Shown: positions 1-9,162, numbered from the stretch's first letter. The stretch: DNA of 32,000 nt from Phycisphaera mikurensis NBRC 102666 (GCF_000284115.1 NC_017080.1:3690001-3722000); one strand, 5' to 3'. Numbers and translations are program-made. The notes: generated from the sequence alone by a model not told the origin.

Positions 1-952
1 CGAAGCGGCTCCACGAGCCCTCGGCGAAGAGGTCCTCACCGGTGACGCCGGCCTCGTCCATCGCGGGCTCCTCGCGCTCGACGCGGACGAAGTCGTAGAG
101 GTCCTCGACGGCGTCGCGGCTGCGGGCCTCCAGCGCGCGGACGCCGTCGGCGTAGCGCCGCATCAGCTCGTCCTTGGCCGCGGCGGGGTCGCCGGTGGGC
201 GGGAGGCGCTTCTCGGCGGAGAAGCGCATCGCGGCGACCACGGCGCGGGCGATGACGCCGCAGGCGTCCTCCCGGCGTCCCGTCGCGTCGCGCTCGAGCA
301 CCTCCACGGCCCGGTCCAGCGGCGCCCGCCAGGCCTCCCGCATCTGGCCGAAGGCCCGGAGCAGGTCCAGCCGCTTCGCGTGGTCGGCGGTGAGCGGGTC
401 GAAGACGCGCACGATGCGGAAGTACTGGCCGAGGGCACGCTCCCAGGCTTCGGCGTGGGCGGCCTCGCCCCCCTGGGCCTCGGACAAGAACGGGTTGATC
501 AGGCCCAAGGAGGGGGCCCCCGTCCACCGCAGCACCTCCATCTCCGCCTCGTACTCCGGCCCGTAGGGCGCCGAGCCATCGACGACGTAGAGGATCCCCG
601 CCGGCTCGCCGCCACGCTCCCCCATCACCGCCCCGAGCAGCGCGTGCTCGTCGGGGTACCGGCCCGCCGTGGCCGGATCGCCGAGGAAGGCCCGCACGGC
701 GGCGGGCCGCTCCTCGGCGTTCTCCGCCCGGGCTTGGAGGTCCTCGAGCACGCGGCGGCTGCGCTGGAACCCGGGGGTGTCCACCAGCTCGTAGAGCACC
801 TCGCCGTCGACCGACATCGGGTACGCGTCGGCCGCGGTGGTGGTGCCCGGCGTGGGCGACACCGCGACGCGGTCGTCGCGGGCGAGGGTCGCGACGATCG
901 AGGACTTGCCCTTGTTGGGGTGGCCGACGACGGCGAAGCGGGGGACGCTCAT
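1..952 (-). CDS. GTPase of the DUF3482-like family (partial, continues past window edge)
   Basis: Minus-strand reading from ATG at 952 gives MSVPRFAVVGHPNKGKSSIVATLARDDRVAVSPTPGTTTAADAYPMSVDGEVLYELVDTPGFQRSRR: P-loop GHPNKGKS, switch-like PGTTTA and DTPGF (G3). Paired with a nearby DUF2868-like gene, a common arrangement. Absent from the ORF track because it is open at the window edge. Confidence 0.85.
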   Translation of the reverse strand, partial: MSVPRFAVVGHPNKGKSSIVATLARDDRVAVSPTPGTTTAADAYPMSVDGEVLYELVDTPGFQRSRRVLEDLQARAENAEERPAAVRAFLGDPATAGRYPDEHALLGAVMGERGGEPAGILYVVDGSAPYGPEYEAEMEVLRWTGAPSLGLINPFLSEAQGGEAAHAEAWERALGQYFRIVRVFDPLTADHAKRLDLLRAFGQMREAWRAPLDRAVEVLERDATGRREDACGVIARAVVAAMRFSAEKRLPPTGDPAAAKDELMRRYADGVRALEARSRDAVEDLYDFVRVEREEPAMDEAGVTGEDLFAEGSWSRF

Positions 953-1046
953 CGCGGCTCTGCCTTGGGATTTTGCGACGGGGGAAGCGGCACGCGGCGA
1001 GTGTGCGCTAGCCTCGGCGGTTCCGCAAAACCCCGGCCCCGACGAC

Positions 1047-1904
1047 ATGGCACCGCAGGAAGAGATCCAGAAGCTCAAGCAGGAACTCGCCGAGGCGGAG
1101 GCCGCCCGGGCCGAGGTGGAGGCCCGCGACGCGAAGCTCCAGCGGGAGGTCGGGCAGATCGCGCGGATCCACCAGGCGCTGCTGCCCGACCAGATGCCCG
1201 ACGTCGCGGGCGTGCGGCTGGCGGTGCGGCACGCGGCGCCCAACCGGGCCGGCGGCGACTACTACGACGTCATCCCGCTCCAACGCGACGAGGCGCTCTC
1301 GGCCGAGGCCTCCGACCCCTGGCTGCTGATCATCGCCGACGCCTCGGGGCACGGGCCCGCCGCCGCGGTCATCATGGCGATGATCCAGGCGGTGCTGCAC
1401 GGGTACCGCGGCGACGCGCGGGGCCCGGGCCCGGTGATGAGCTTCGTGAACGCGGAGATGGTGAAGAAAGCCGTCCCCGGCTCCTTCACCACCGCCGTGC
1501 TCGGGCTGCTGGACCCGCGGAAGAGCACCTTCAGCTACGCGATCGCCGGGCACCACCCGCCGCTGCTGCGGCGCGAAGGGGAGCCGGTTGTCGAGCTGCC
1601 CTCCGAGGAGGCGGGCCTCCCGCTGGGCGTGGCCGAGGACGAGGGCGCCGGCCGGCACGAGATCCACCCGCTGCGGCCCGGCGACGCCGTGCTGCTCTAC
1701 ACCGACGGAGCGATCGAGACGCGCAACCCCGCGGGCGAGCAGTTCGGGCTCGGGCGTCTCAAGGCGGCGCTGGAAGCCGCCGCCGGCACACCCGATCAGC
1801 AGCTCGACGCGGTGGTGGGCGCGATCGACGCGCACCGGGCGGGCGGGCCGATGGAGGACGACCGCACGCTGCTGATGTTCCAGGCGGAGGCCACGGAGCC
1901 GTAG
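1047..1904 (+). CDS. PP2C-family (SpoIIE/RsbU-type) serine/threonine phosphatase
   Basis: ORF 837..1904, probable start ATG 1047 (MAPQEEIQKLKQELAEAEAARAEVEARDAKLQREV coiled coil). Then IHQALLPDQMP, GGDYYDV, IIADASGHGPAAAVIMAMIQAVL, YAIAGHHPPLL, VLLYTDGAIETRNPAGEQFG. Confidence 0.9.
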   Translation: MAPQEEIQKLKQELAEAEAARAEVEARDAKLQREVGQIARIHQALLPDQMPDVAGVRLAVRHAAPNRAGGDYYDVIPLQRDEALSAEASDPWLLIIADASGHGPAAAVIMAMIQAVLHGYRGDARGPGPVMSFVNAEMVKKAVPGSFTTAVLGLLDPRKSTFSYAIAGHHPPLLRREGEPVVELPSEEAGLPLGVAEDEGAGRHEIHPLRPGDAVLLYTDGAIETRNPAGEQFGLGRLKAALEAAAGTPDQQLDAVVGAIDAHRAGGPMEDDRTLLMFQAEATEP

Positions 1905-1924
1905 GCCGGGGCGGTGGCCCCGGC

Positions 1925-3346
1925 CTACGGGAGGTCGGCGGGCGCGGGCGGGTCCAGGCGGGTCCAGGGGTCGCCGGCGGCGGCGAGGCGGCCGGCCCAG
2001 ACGGCGACGTCTTCGGTGTCGCCGGCCACGCCGCGGATGCGTGGCGTAACCCGCACCGGGCGGCCGCGGCCCAGGGCGGCGCGCAGGTCGGCGAGGAAGT
2101 CGGTGAACTCGAGCACCGGCGGCTCCCACGCCTTCACGTCGACGCGGACCGCGGCGGCCGGACCCGCGGAGGCGGCGCGGTCCGCGGCCGTGGCGACGGC
2201 GGCGCGGTCCTCCGCAAGGGAGCGGCGGCCGCCCACGGGCAGGGCGCCGGCGGGCGCCGGCGCCTCGGCCCAGGAGAGCGTCACGGCGGCCTCCGCGGCC
2301 GGCGCCTCGGGCCCCGCGGGCTCGGCGGCCGCCGGCGGCGGCAGCGCCTCCCCCGGCGCCGCCTCCGCCCGCGTCTGCACCCGCGGCTCGCGCAGCCGGC
2401 GGATGACCGCGTCGGCACCCGGCCACGTCTGCGCCGCCGCGGCCACCGCGGCGCGCCGCCGCCCGAGCGCGACGCCGCCGAGCACCAGCCGCGGGGCGAG
2501 GCCGTACGCGGCCTGCACCGCGAGCAGCCACGGCCACCACGCGGTGAACAGCTCCGGGTCGACCACGCCCCGGAACGCGGCGGCCCGGTACGTGCGGGTC
2601 GCCTCCACCGTCGCGGGCCCGGGGCACAGGCCCGGGGCGAACCAGACGGCGGCCTCGGCCACCGCGTGCAGCCTCGCGGGGTCCAGGTCCAGCGTGCTCC
2701 CCCAGCCGAAGGCGAGGTCACGCGTGGCGATGAGCAGAGCGGCGGTCGCGAGGCCCGCGCCGGCGTAGCCGAGCCCGAACACCTGCGAGAGCGTGAGCGC
2801 CCACCAGCGCAGCGTCGGTCCCAGCAGCACCCGCTCGCTCGCGAGGCCGTGCAGCGGCCGCGTGAGGACCTCGCGCCACAGCGTCGGCAGCCACGGCACG
2901 CGGGCGGCGAGGCCCACCAGCCAGCGCCCGGGCGTGAGCGGCGAGGGCTCCGCCTCCGCCGGGCCGCCGCGCCGCGTCGGCCAGGCCATGGCGACGGCCG
3001 ACAGCACCGAGAAGCCCAGCGGAAGCACCGCCAGCGCGAGCGTCGCGACGAGCACGTTCACCGGCCGGCTGCCGTCGTACGCGAGCGCCGCGGACGCGAC
3101 GCCCACGCCCAGCAGCACCCCGGCCCCGCCCGCCCCCCAGGCCGCGGTCCGCGTGAGCGACAGCGCCTGCGCCCGCGCCTCGCCGCGGTCGACCCGGCGG
3201 ATCCAGGCGAGCAGGTCGGCCGGCGCCTCCGGCGCGGCCGCCGGCCGGTCCCGCTCCAGCAGCTCCCGCCGCGAGCGGTCCGCGTCGCGACGGTCCTGGA
3301 TCGCCAGCGCGAGCAGGTCGGGGAGGTGGAAGCGGGGGGAGCCCAT
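1925..3346 (-). CDS. DUF2868-like membrane protein
   Basis: 473-aa ORF with several hydrophobic segments (GAGGAGVLLGVGVASAALAY, VLVATLALAVLPLGFSVLSAVAMAW, TAALLIATRDLAFGW) and a soluble C-terminus. Next to a DUF3482-type GTPase, a recurrent pairing. Family call from recall, not a search. Confidence 0.65.
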   Translation of the reverse strand: MGSPRFHLPDLLALAIQDRRDADRSRRELLERDRPAAAPEAPADLLAWIRRVDRGEARAQALSLTRTAAWGAGGAGVLLGVGVASAALAYDGSRPVNVLVATLALAVLPLGFSVLSAVAMAWPTRRGGPAEAEPSPLTPGRWLVGLAARVPWLPTLWREVLTRPLHGLASERVLLGPTLRWWALTLSQVFGLGYAGAGLATAALLIATRDLAFGWGSTLDLDPARLHAVAEAAVWFAPGLCPGPATVEATRTYRAAAFRGVVDPELFTAWWPWLLAVQAAYGLAPRLVLGGVALGRRRAAVAAAAQTWPGADAVIRRLREPRVQTRAEAAPGEALPPPAAAEPAGPEAPAAEAAVTLSWAEAPAPAGALPVGGRRSLAEDRAAVATAADRAASAGPAAAVRVDVKAWEPPVLEFTDFLADLRAALGRGRPVRVTPRIRGVAGDTEDVAVWAGRLAAAGDPWTRLDPPAPADLP

Positions 3347-3364
3347 GGGGGACGCGAAGGTAGT

Positions 3365-3559
3365 TGGGGGGGGGGGAGACGGAGCGACGTCTGAGAGGGT
3401 GCCCTGCGCTGGGGCTGCATGGACCGCGAACGTCTGCGCCGCGGGTCGGGCGGGGGTTGGGTGAGAGACGGAGCGACGCTTGGGGGGGTTTCGTGCGGAG
3501 GGGCTGCATGGACCGCGAAGGTCTGTGCGGCGGGTCGGGCGGGGGGTGGGTGAGAGACG
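3365..3559. repeat. Short tandem repeat, 89-bp period, ~2.2 copies
   Basis: ggggctgcatggaccgcgaacgtctgcgccgcgggtcgggcgggggttgggtgagagacg (3411-3470) recurs with few changes at 3500-3559. gagacggagcgacg at 3376-3389 recurs at 3465-3478. All offsets are 89 bp. Confidence 0.85.
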
Positions 3560-3567
3560 AAGTCAGC

Positions 3568-3605
3568 AAGAGAGAAAGAAAGGGAGAGAGAGAGAGAGAG
3601 AGAGG
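3568..3605 (+). repeat. Polypurine (GA)n tract
   Basis: 38 consecutive purines: aagagagaaagaaagggagagagagagagagagagagg. Confidence 0.9.
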
Positions 3606-3681
3606 CGGTCGGCGCAGCCGCCGCCTTTGTCTGTCTTCGTCTCTTCGTCTCTTCGCTTCCCCCCCCACTACCTTCCGGCTC

Positions 3682-4158
3682 ATGGACCTGCCCTCCTCCG
3701 GACAGCTCGCCGAGCGGCTCATGCGCGAGCACGGGCTGCTGCCCGGGGCGGGGCAACCCAGGACCCGCAAGCACTGGACGTTCGGGTTCAACAACCGCAA
3801 GCGTTGCCTCGGGCTGTGCCGCTTCGACGCGAAGCGGATCGAGCTTTCCGCGGCGTTCGTGCAGCGGAACGACGAGCCCGCCGTCCGCGACACCGTGCTC
3901 CACGAGATCGCCCACGCGCTCGCCGGCGCCCGTGCCGGCCACGGCCAAGCCTGGAGAGACGCGTGCGTCCGCGTCGGCGCCAAGCCCGAGCGCCTCGACC
4001 GCGAGGCCGACATGCCCGAAGGCCGCTGGCGGGCCGTCTGCCCCGGTTGCGGCCAGGTTCACACGCGTCACCGCCGGCCGGCCCGCGGGGCCAGGTACCA
4101 CTGCCGCGCGTGCGGGGCGGCCCGGGGCCCGCTGGTGTTCGCGGCGGGAGCCCCGTAG
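3682..4158 (+). CDS. SprT-like zinc metalloprotease domain protein
   Basis: MDLPSSGQLAERLMREHGLLP...VRDTVLHEIAHALAGARAGHGQAWRDACVRVGAKPERL...AVCPGCGQVHTRHRRPARGARYHCRACG: HExxH, distal H (GHGQAW), C-terminal zinc-ribbon cysteines. ATG 3682 is in frame with the 3364..4158 ORF. Confidence 0.88.
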   Translation: MDLPSSGQLAERLMREHGLLPGAGQPRTRKHWTFGFNNRKRCLGLCRFDAKRIELSAAFVQRNDEPAVRDTVLHEIAHALAGARAGHGQAWRDACVRVGAKPERLDREADMPEGRWRAVCPGCGQVHTRHRRPARGARYHCRACGAARGPLVFAAGAP

Positions 4159-4182
4159 GGCGGGTCGGCGAACCGCCCTACG
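4154..4182. terminator. Intergenic hairpin between convergent genes
   Basis: cgtagggcgg / gtcggcgaa / ccgccctacg: perfect 10-bp inverted repeat between the convergent SprT-like and aldo/keto reductase genes. Confidence 0.65.
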
Positions 4183-5269
4183 CGTCCGCCGCCAGCGCCG
4201 GCTCGACGTAGCCGGCCCGCAGCGAGCCGCCCTCGGCCACGCTGCTCTTGAAGTCGCAGGGGTGCGCCGCCTCGCCGAGGCCGAAGTCGTCGAGGTAGAG
4301 CGCCCGCAGCTCCGCGAGCGTCTCGGCTTCGAGCGGCACGCCGTCGCAGGCGTGCGCGAAGTCGTCGAGGTCGCGGTCGCTGAGCAGATTTGGCTCGATC
4401 GTCACCAGGCCCGGCTGGCTCGCCAGCCACCGCGTCGACAGCTCCCGGAGGCTCATCCCCAGCGGCCCGCCGAAGCGCTCGCGGAGGATCTGGTTCTTCT
4501 TGAGCCCCTGCACCAGCCACGCGCGGTCGCGGTACTTGCGGTGGTCGTGCGGGGCGAACTTGTGGTCCGCCGAGGCGAACTCTTCGTCGAGGATGCCCGA
4601 GTTGGTCGGCACCCGCGCGATCACGCCGCCGCGGCCCAGCCCCGTCGCCGCCTCGCACAGCTCCAGCCCCAGGTCCTGCTCGTAGAGGTTGAAGACCGTC
4701 TGCACCGTGTCCGCCCCGCGGGCGACCAGCGCCTCCTGCCCCTCCTCGCGCCAGCCGATCGCCGGCCCGAGGGCCACGCCCCAGGCCCGGATCTTGCCCT
4801 CGTCCTTCAGCGCCTCCAGCGTCGCGAAGAGGTCGTCCGCGTACGCGTCGAGCTTCACGTTGTGGGCCTGGTACAGGTCGATCCGGTCGGTGCCGAGGCG
4901 CCCCAGCGAGCCCTCGACCTCGCCGCGGACGTCCTTCGGCGTCCAGTGCTGCTCCCGCTCGCGGTGCTTGCCCTCCTCGCGGTCCTGCTCGATTTTCGCG
5001 GTCGCGAAGGGGTAGCCGAACTTCGTGGAGATCACGAGCCGGTCGCGGCCGACGTCGGCGATCGTCCGCCCGAGCAGGTTCTCGGCGCGGCCCTTCCCGT
5101 AGGCGGGGGCGGTATCGAAGAAGGTGACGCCGAGGTCGACGGCGCGGTTCTGGAGGCGGACGGCTTCGGTGTCGGAGAAGTCGCCCCACCAGTTGTTCCC
5201 GAACACGAAGTTCCCGAAGCCCAGGAGCGAGACTTCGAGATCGGTGCCGGGGATCCTGCGGTGCTGCAT
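4178..5269 (-). CDS. Aldo/keto reductase
   Basis: MQHRRIPGTDLEVSLLGFGNFVFGNNWWG..., GVTFFDTAPAYGKGRAENLLGR, RDRLVISTKFG, GSLGRLGTDRIDLYQAHN: typical AKR catalytic D-Y and strand motifs. Confidence 0.92.
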   Translation of the reverse strand: MQHRRIPGTDLEVSLLGFGNFVFGNNWWGDFSDTEAVRLQNRAVDLGVTFFDTAPAYGKGRAENLLGRTIADVGRDRLVISTKFGYPFATAKIEQDREEGKHREREQHWTPKDVRGEVEGSLGRLGTDRIDLYQAHNVKLDAYADDLFATLEALKDEGKIRAWGVALGPAIGWREEGQEALVARGADTVQTVFNLYEQDLGLELCEAATGLGRGGVIARVPTNSGILDEEFASADHKFAPHDHRKYRDRAWLVQGLKKNQILRERFGGPLGMSLRELSTRWLASQPGLVTIEPNLLSDRDLDDFAHACDGVPLEAETLAELRALYLDDFGLGEAAHPCDFKSSVAEGGSLRAGYVEPALAADA

Positions 5270-5385
5270 GCCGCGACGTTACGGCCGCTCTCGCGCCGTC
5301 CGCCTGCGGCGACGGCACACCGAGGAAGCCCGCTTCAGCCTCGAAGGCGCGGGCCTTCGGTCGCCTGCGGCGACCGCCCGCGGAT

Positions 5386-5431
5386 CCGCGGACCGCCGGC
5401 CGGAACCCGCCGAAGCGCCGGCGGTCCGCGG
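5386..5431 (-). terminator. Strong hairpin directly downstream of the methyltransferase stop codon
   Basis: ccgcggaccgccggc (5386-5400) and gccggcggtccgcgg (5417-5431): perfect 15-bp inverted repeat with a 16-nt spacer, immediately 3' of the minus-strand stop at 5434-5436. No T-run, so termination function is inferred. Confidence 0.6.
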
Positions 5432-5433
5432 GT

Positions 5434-6360
5434 TCACGCCCCGCCGTGCCGGGCGATGCGTTCCAGCGCCTTCTCCCGGTAGTCGGGGCTCAGCTCGCAG
5501 CCCAGCCACCTCCGGCCGAGCCGGTTGGCCACCGCCAGCGTGGTCCCGCTGCCCGCGAACGGGTCCAACACGAGGTCGCCCGGGTTCGAGCTGGCCGAGA
5601 CGATCCGTTGCAGCAGCGCCTCGGGCAGCTGGCAGGGGTGCCAGGCCTCCCGTTCCTTGAAGCTGCCGCACAGCCGCGACTGGAACCACGTGTCCGAGTC
5701 CTCGGCGAAGGCCCCGTCCTGCTCCTGGGCCGGCTGCGGCCGCGTGTGCCACGCCTCGGCGTGGGCGAAGCTCACGCCCGAACCTTTCAGCACCCAGGTG
5801 TCGTCGGGCAGCTTGCCCTTGGGGTTCGTCCGCGCGTCGTTGTACGTCGTCATGCGGGCCGATGGCACCGCCACCTGATCGTAGTGGAAGGTGAACGGCG
5901 GGTTCCGCACCAGGTCCGCCCGCGGCTTGCCGGTCCTGGGGTTGAGCGCCGCCGAGCCCACGCAGTAGAAGAGGTGGGCGTGGCTGCGGTTGAACTTCGC
6001 CTTGCAGCGCTGGCCGAAGCTGTAGTGCCAGACGATCCAGTTGCGGAACAGCAGCTTGCCCGCGCGTTCGAGCTTCTTGAGATGGACGCGGGTCTCCGCC
6101 GCGTACTCGTCGCCGATGAGGATGTACATCGACCCCGACGGCGCCAGCGCCCGCGTGCAGGCGTCGATCCAGTCGCAGGTCCAGCCGAGGTACTGCTCGT
6201 CGGTCTTGTCGTCCTCGTAGTGGCCGTCGTAGCCGAAGCCGATGTTGTAAGGCGGGTCGGCGAACACGAGGTCCACGCAGCCCTCGGGCAGCGCGTTCAC
6301 GGCCTCGATGCAGTCGCCCAACAGGATCGTGTTCTCCGGCGGCGTCGCGGTCTCGGGCAT
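5434..6360 (-). CDS. DNA methyltransferase, N4-cytosine/N6-adenine type (beta-class motif order)
   Basis: From ATG 6360: MPETATPPENTILLGDCIEAVNALPEGCVDLVFADPPYNIGFGYDGHYEDDKTDEQYLGW...; motif IV DPPYN precedes the SAM motif DPFAGSGTTLAVANRLGRRWLGCELSPDY. The longer ORF call (to 7293) is an upstream extension without supporting signal. Confidence 0.93.
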   Translation of the reverse strand: MPETATPPENTILLGDCIEAVNALPEGCVDLVFADPPYNIGFGYDGHYEDDKTDEQYLGWTCDWIDACTRALAPSGSMYILIGDEYAAETRVHLKKLERAGKLLFRNWIVWHYSFGQRCKAKFNRSHAHLFYCVGSAALNPRTGKPRADLVRNPPFTFHYDQVAVPSARMTTYNDARTNPKGKLPDDTWVLKGSGVSFAHAEAWHTRPQPAQEQDGAFAEDSDTWFQSRLCGSFKEREAWHPCQLPEALLQRIVSASSNPGDLVLDPFAGSGTTLAVANRLGRRWLGCELSPDYREKALERIARHGGA

Positions 6361-6737
6361 CCGCGGAGCGTAAAGAAGCCGCCGCCTCCCGCCGCCCCCC
6401 CGGTCCGCCCACGCCGCCGCGGCGTTCCGATCGCCCGCCGTCGAAGAAACGCAAGAGGAAGGGAGCGACACGGACGCTTCAGGAGCCTCCCCATTCGCGG
6501 GCGGAGCGCTGCGACGGCAGGTTGAGCCTCGGCCCGCGGTGTCATGCGGTCGGGCTTGCGTACGGTCGCCGCAACGGCAAAACGAAGAGGAGAACGTCTT
6601 GAAGATCGTCCCTTGTCCCGCCTCGGTCGGCTCCCAGAACGCGTGGCAGCCTCGGATCTGCCGGCGGATTGCGAACACGCCGCAACCCGCCGCCGGTCGT
6701 GCGGTGCTGGCCGCCGCATCGGCAGCAGCGATCCGCT

Positions 6738-7137
6738 GCACCGCGGGGTGGCACCGGACGTCCGCTCCCTCAACGGGCGCGGGCTCGACGAGCACAACGC
6801 CTTCTACAACGGCAACGAGATCGTGAAGGCCACCGGCTTCACGGTGGACCTTGGCGCCGACGTGCTGAATCTCAGCCTCGGCTACGGCAACTCCAGCTCC
6901 GACGCCTCCAGCCTGCTCTCGCGGAACGCGGTCGCGATCACGTGGGAGCGCGGCATCCCGGTGGTGGCTTCGGCGGGCAACAAAGGCCGCAACCGCCCGA
7001 GCGCCACCCCCAACTCTTCCTCCCAGGGCCCCGGCGACGCCTTCAACGCGTTCTCCGTTGCCGCCAGCGACGCGGACTTCGACCGGATCGCCGACTTCAG
7101 TTCCTGGAGCGAAACCCAGAGCGCCCCGCGGGCCTGA
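6738..7137 (+). pseudogene. Fragment of an S8 (subtilisin-like) peptidase domain
   Basis: Frame of ORF 6544..7137: HRGVAPDVRSLNGR...GADVLNLSLGYGNSSSDASSLLSRNAVAITWERGIPVVASAGNKGRNRPSATPN...NAFSVAASDADFDRIADFSSW. No upstream Asp/His catalytic motifs and no downstream GTS motif. Confidence 0.55.
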
Positions 7138-7256
7138 CCCGATCGACGGCCTCCGGCTCGGCTCGGGGCCGCTCGCGGTCGGACGTCGCTCGGCCTCCCC
7201 CCCCCGGCGCAGCACCGGGGTCGGTCCAGACGCGCGTCCGCCCGCGTCGGCGGAAA
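7119..7256 (+). repeat. Direct repeat copy A (~137 bp)
   Basis: gagcgccccgcgggcc..gatcgacggcctccggctcggctc.gggccgctcgcggtcggacgtcgctcggcctccccc...gcaccggggtcggtccaga...cgtccgcccgcgtcggcggaaa, matched by copy B. Confidence 0.85.
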
Positions 7257-7383
7257 CGCGGTAAAAGCCTTGAAGCCCGCGTTCTCGCCGCACGGGGAGG
7301 AAGAGCGCGGAGCCTGTGCGACGTGCTCCACAGGTGGCTCATCGACTCCGTCGATGTCGATCGTCGGCCGAACGAAACCGCCC

Positions 7384-7519
7384 GAGCGCCCCGCGGGCCC
7401 GATCCGATCGACAGCCTCCGGCTCGGCTCCGGGCCGCTCGCGGCCGGACGTCGCTCGGCCTCCCCCACGGCGGAGCACCGGGGTCGGTCCAGAGGCCCGT
7501 CCGCCCGCGTCGGCGGAAA
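7384..7519 (+). repeat. Direct repeat copy B (~136 bp)
   Basis: Near-identical to 7119-7256, offset ~264-265 bp. Confidence 0.85.
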
Positions 7520-7597
7520 TGCGGTGGCTCTCAGGGTGCCGAAGATCTCACGCGGCGCACACCCGGCGGTGACCCGGCGGGTTTAGCGTTCCGCGGG

Positions 7598-7999
7598 ATG
7601 GAGGCTCCCGTTCCCGCCGGCGACGAGGAAGCGGTGCTCCGGGTCGGCGCCGTCGTGGTGCGGCCGGAGTCGTTCCGCGTGAGCGTCGCCGGCGAGCGCG
7701 TCGGCTTCACGGCCGCGGAGGTGCGGGCGGTGGCGCTGCTCGCCCGGCGGCCCGGCTGGACCTTCTCGCCGGCGCAGCTCCACGCCGCGGCGCACGGGCA
7801 GGCGTCCGCGGTCGGGCCCGCCAGCGGCGCCGCCAAGACGCTCGTCCACCGGCTCCGCAGGAAGCTCGGGCCGGCGGCGGCGCGGCAGCTGCAGAGCGTG
7901 CGCGGCGTCGGCTACCGGCTCGTGGAGGCGTCAGAACCCGGGGCGTCCGGCGCACCGGAGGCCCTTGGCGCGGCGGACGCCTTGCCCCGCCGGGATTGA
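7598..7999 (+). CDS. OmpR/PhoB-type winged-helix DNA-binding protein lacking a receiver domain
   Basis: VLRVGAVVVRPESFRVSVAGERVGFTAAEVRAVALLARRPGWTFSPAQLHAAAHG...AAKTLVHRLRRKLGPAAARQLQSVRGVGYRLVEA: characteristic HRLRRKLG...VRGVGYRL signature. Confidence 0.8.
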   Translation: MEAPVPAGDEEAVLRVGAVVVRPESFRVSVAGERVGFTAAEVRAVALLARRPGWTFSPAQLHAAAHGQASAVGPASGAAKTLVHRLRRKLGPAAARQLQSVRGVGYRLVEASEPGASGAPEALGAADALPRRD

Positions 8000-8139
8000 C
8001 CGGCCCCAAGCGCGGAAGCCACACAACGGCAACGCGGCGGTGACCCCCCGCCCGGATGGTTTCGGCCGTTGAGGAGGCGCACGAAGCGCCTCCGCTCGCC
8101 CCGGGGCGCAGCGCCCCGGCACCCGACCCGGAACCCGAC

Positions 8140-9162
8140 ATGATCCGCCGCACCGGCCCCGCCTTCACCCTCATCGAGCTGCTCGTGGTGATCTCGATCA
8201 TCGCGCTGCTCATCGGCATCCTGCTCCCCGCCCTGGGCGCCGCCCGCGGGGCGGCCCGCAGCTCGGTCTGCAGCTCCAACCTGCGGCAGGTCGGCATCGC
8301 GATGACGACCTACAACGCGGAGAGCAAAGACCACTACCCCGCCTCCTACGTCTACCCCACCTCCACCTGGAACGGCACCGGCGGCGGCCGGCCGTTCCGC
8401 TGGAACCTCACCGACCAGGTCTCCGCGGGCATCAGCTCCACCGGCTACGTGCATTGGTCGTTCGCGCTCATCGACTCGGACACGCTCGGCCAGGAGGGCT
8501 TCCAGTGCCCCGAGCTCGAGGAGGGCGGCCACCCCGCCACCAACCCCGCGCCCGGCTTCGAGCGGGCCGACCAGACCCGCGAGGTGCCCAGCGTCGACCG
8601 GCAGGTCAACCGCTTGGCCTACGCCGCCAACGAGCTGATCATCCCACGCAACAAGTTCAACGACAAAGCGTTCGGGAAGGAGCGGAACAACCGCTTCGTC
8701 AAGGCCTCGGAGCTGCGGGCGGCCTCCAACGAGATCCTCGCCACCGAGCTCTTCGAGAACTTCGATCGCATCAAGAACGGTGCGGGAAACATCTCCAAGT
8801 CGCACCGCTCGCTGAACCCGATCCAGAGCATCTCCGGTGGCGCCGGGAACCCGACGGGCTACGCGAGGGATCAAGTGATCCGCGACATCCGCGGTGCGGG
8901 CGATCCCGACAGGTACGGCCTCGCCGACTACGACGACCTGCTCCAGAACAGCCCGACGCCCAACATCACCAGCGAGCCGATGAACGCCGTGGGCCGGCAC
9001 CACCCCGGCGACAACGGCCCCTCCGGCGGCGGCACCGCAAACTTCGTCTACGCCGACGGCCACGTCGAGACCACCGGCGTCGCCTACACGCTGGCGAACA
9101 AGAAGTGGGGCGAGCGCTTCTACTCGCTCACCGGGAACCAGCAGATCCGGTACCAGTGGTGA
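8140..9162 (+). CDS. Type II secretion/pilin-like protein with prepilin N-terminal cleavage/methylation domain
   Basis: [59 protein letters not shown]...[15 protein letters not shown]: classic planctomycete-type pseudopilin with H-x-G-x...F-x-DGHV end. Confidence 0.93.
   Translation: MIRRTGPAFTLIELLVVISIIALLIGILLPALGAARGAARSSVCSSNLRQVGIAMTTYNAESKDHYPASYVYPTSTWNGTGGGRPFRWNLTDQVSAGISSTGYVHWSFALIDSDTLGQEGFQCPELEEGGHPATNPAPGFERADQTREVPSVDRQVNRLAYAANELIIPRNKFNDKAFGKERNNRFVKASELRAASNEILATELFENFDRIKNGAGNISKSHRSLNPIQSISGGAGNPTGYARDQVIRDIRGAGDPDRYGLADYDDLLQNSPTPNITSEPMNAVGRHHPGDNGPSGGGTANFVYADGHVETTGVAYTLANKKWGERFYSLTGNQQIRYQW

Noticed and set aside
380-3394. 1004-aa plus-strand ORF
   Set aside because: Overlaps the phosphatase and the antisense strands of the GTPase and DUF2868-like genes; no domain signatures.
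6361-7293. N-terminal extension of the methyltransferase ORF
   Set aside because: Extension is low-complexity, contains no domain and overlaps the plus-strand subtilase fragment; the ATG at 6360 starts directly before the conserved region.
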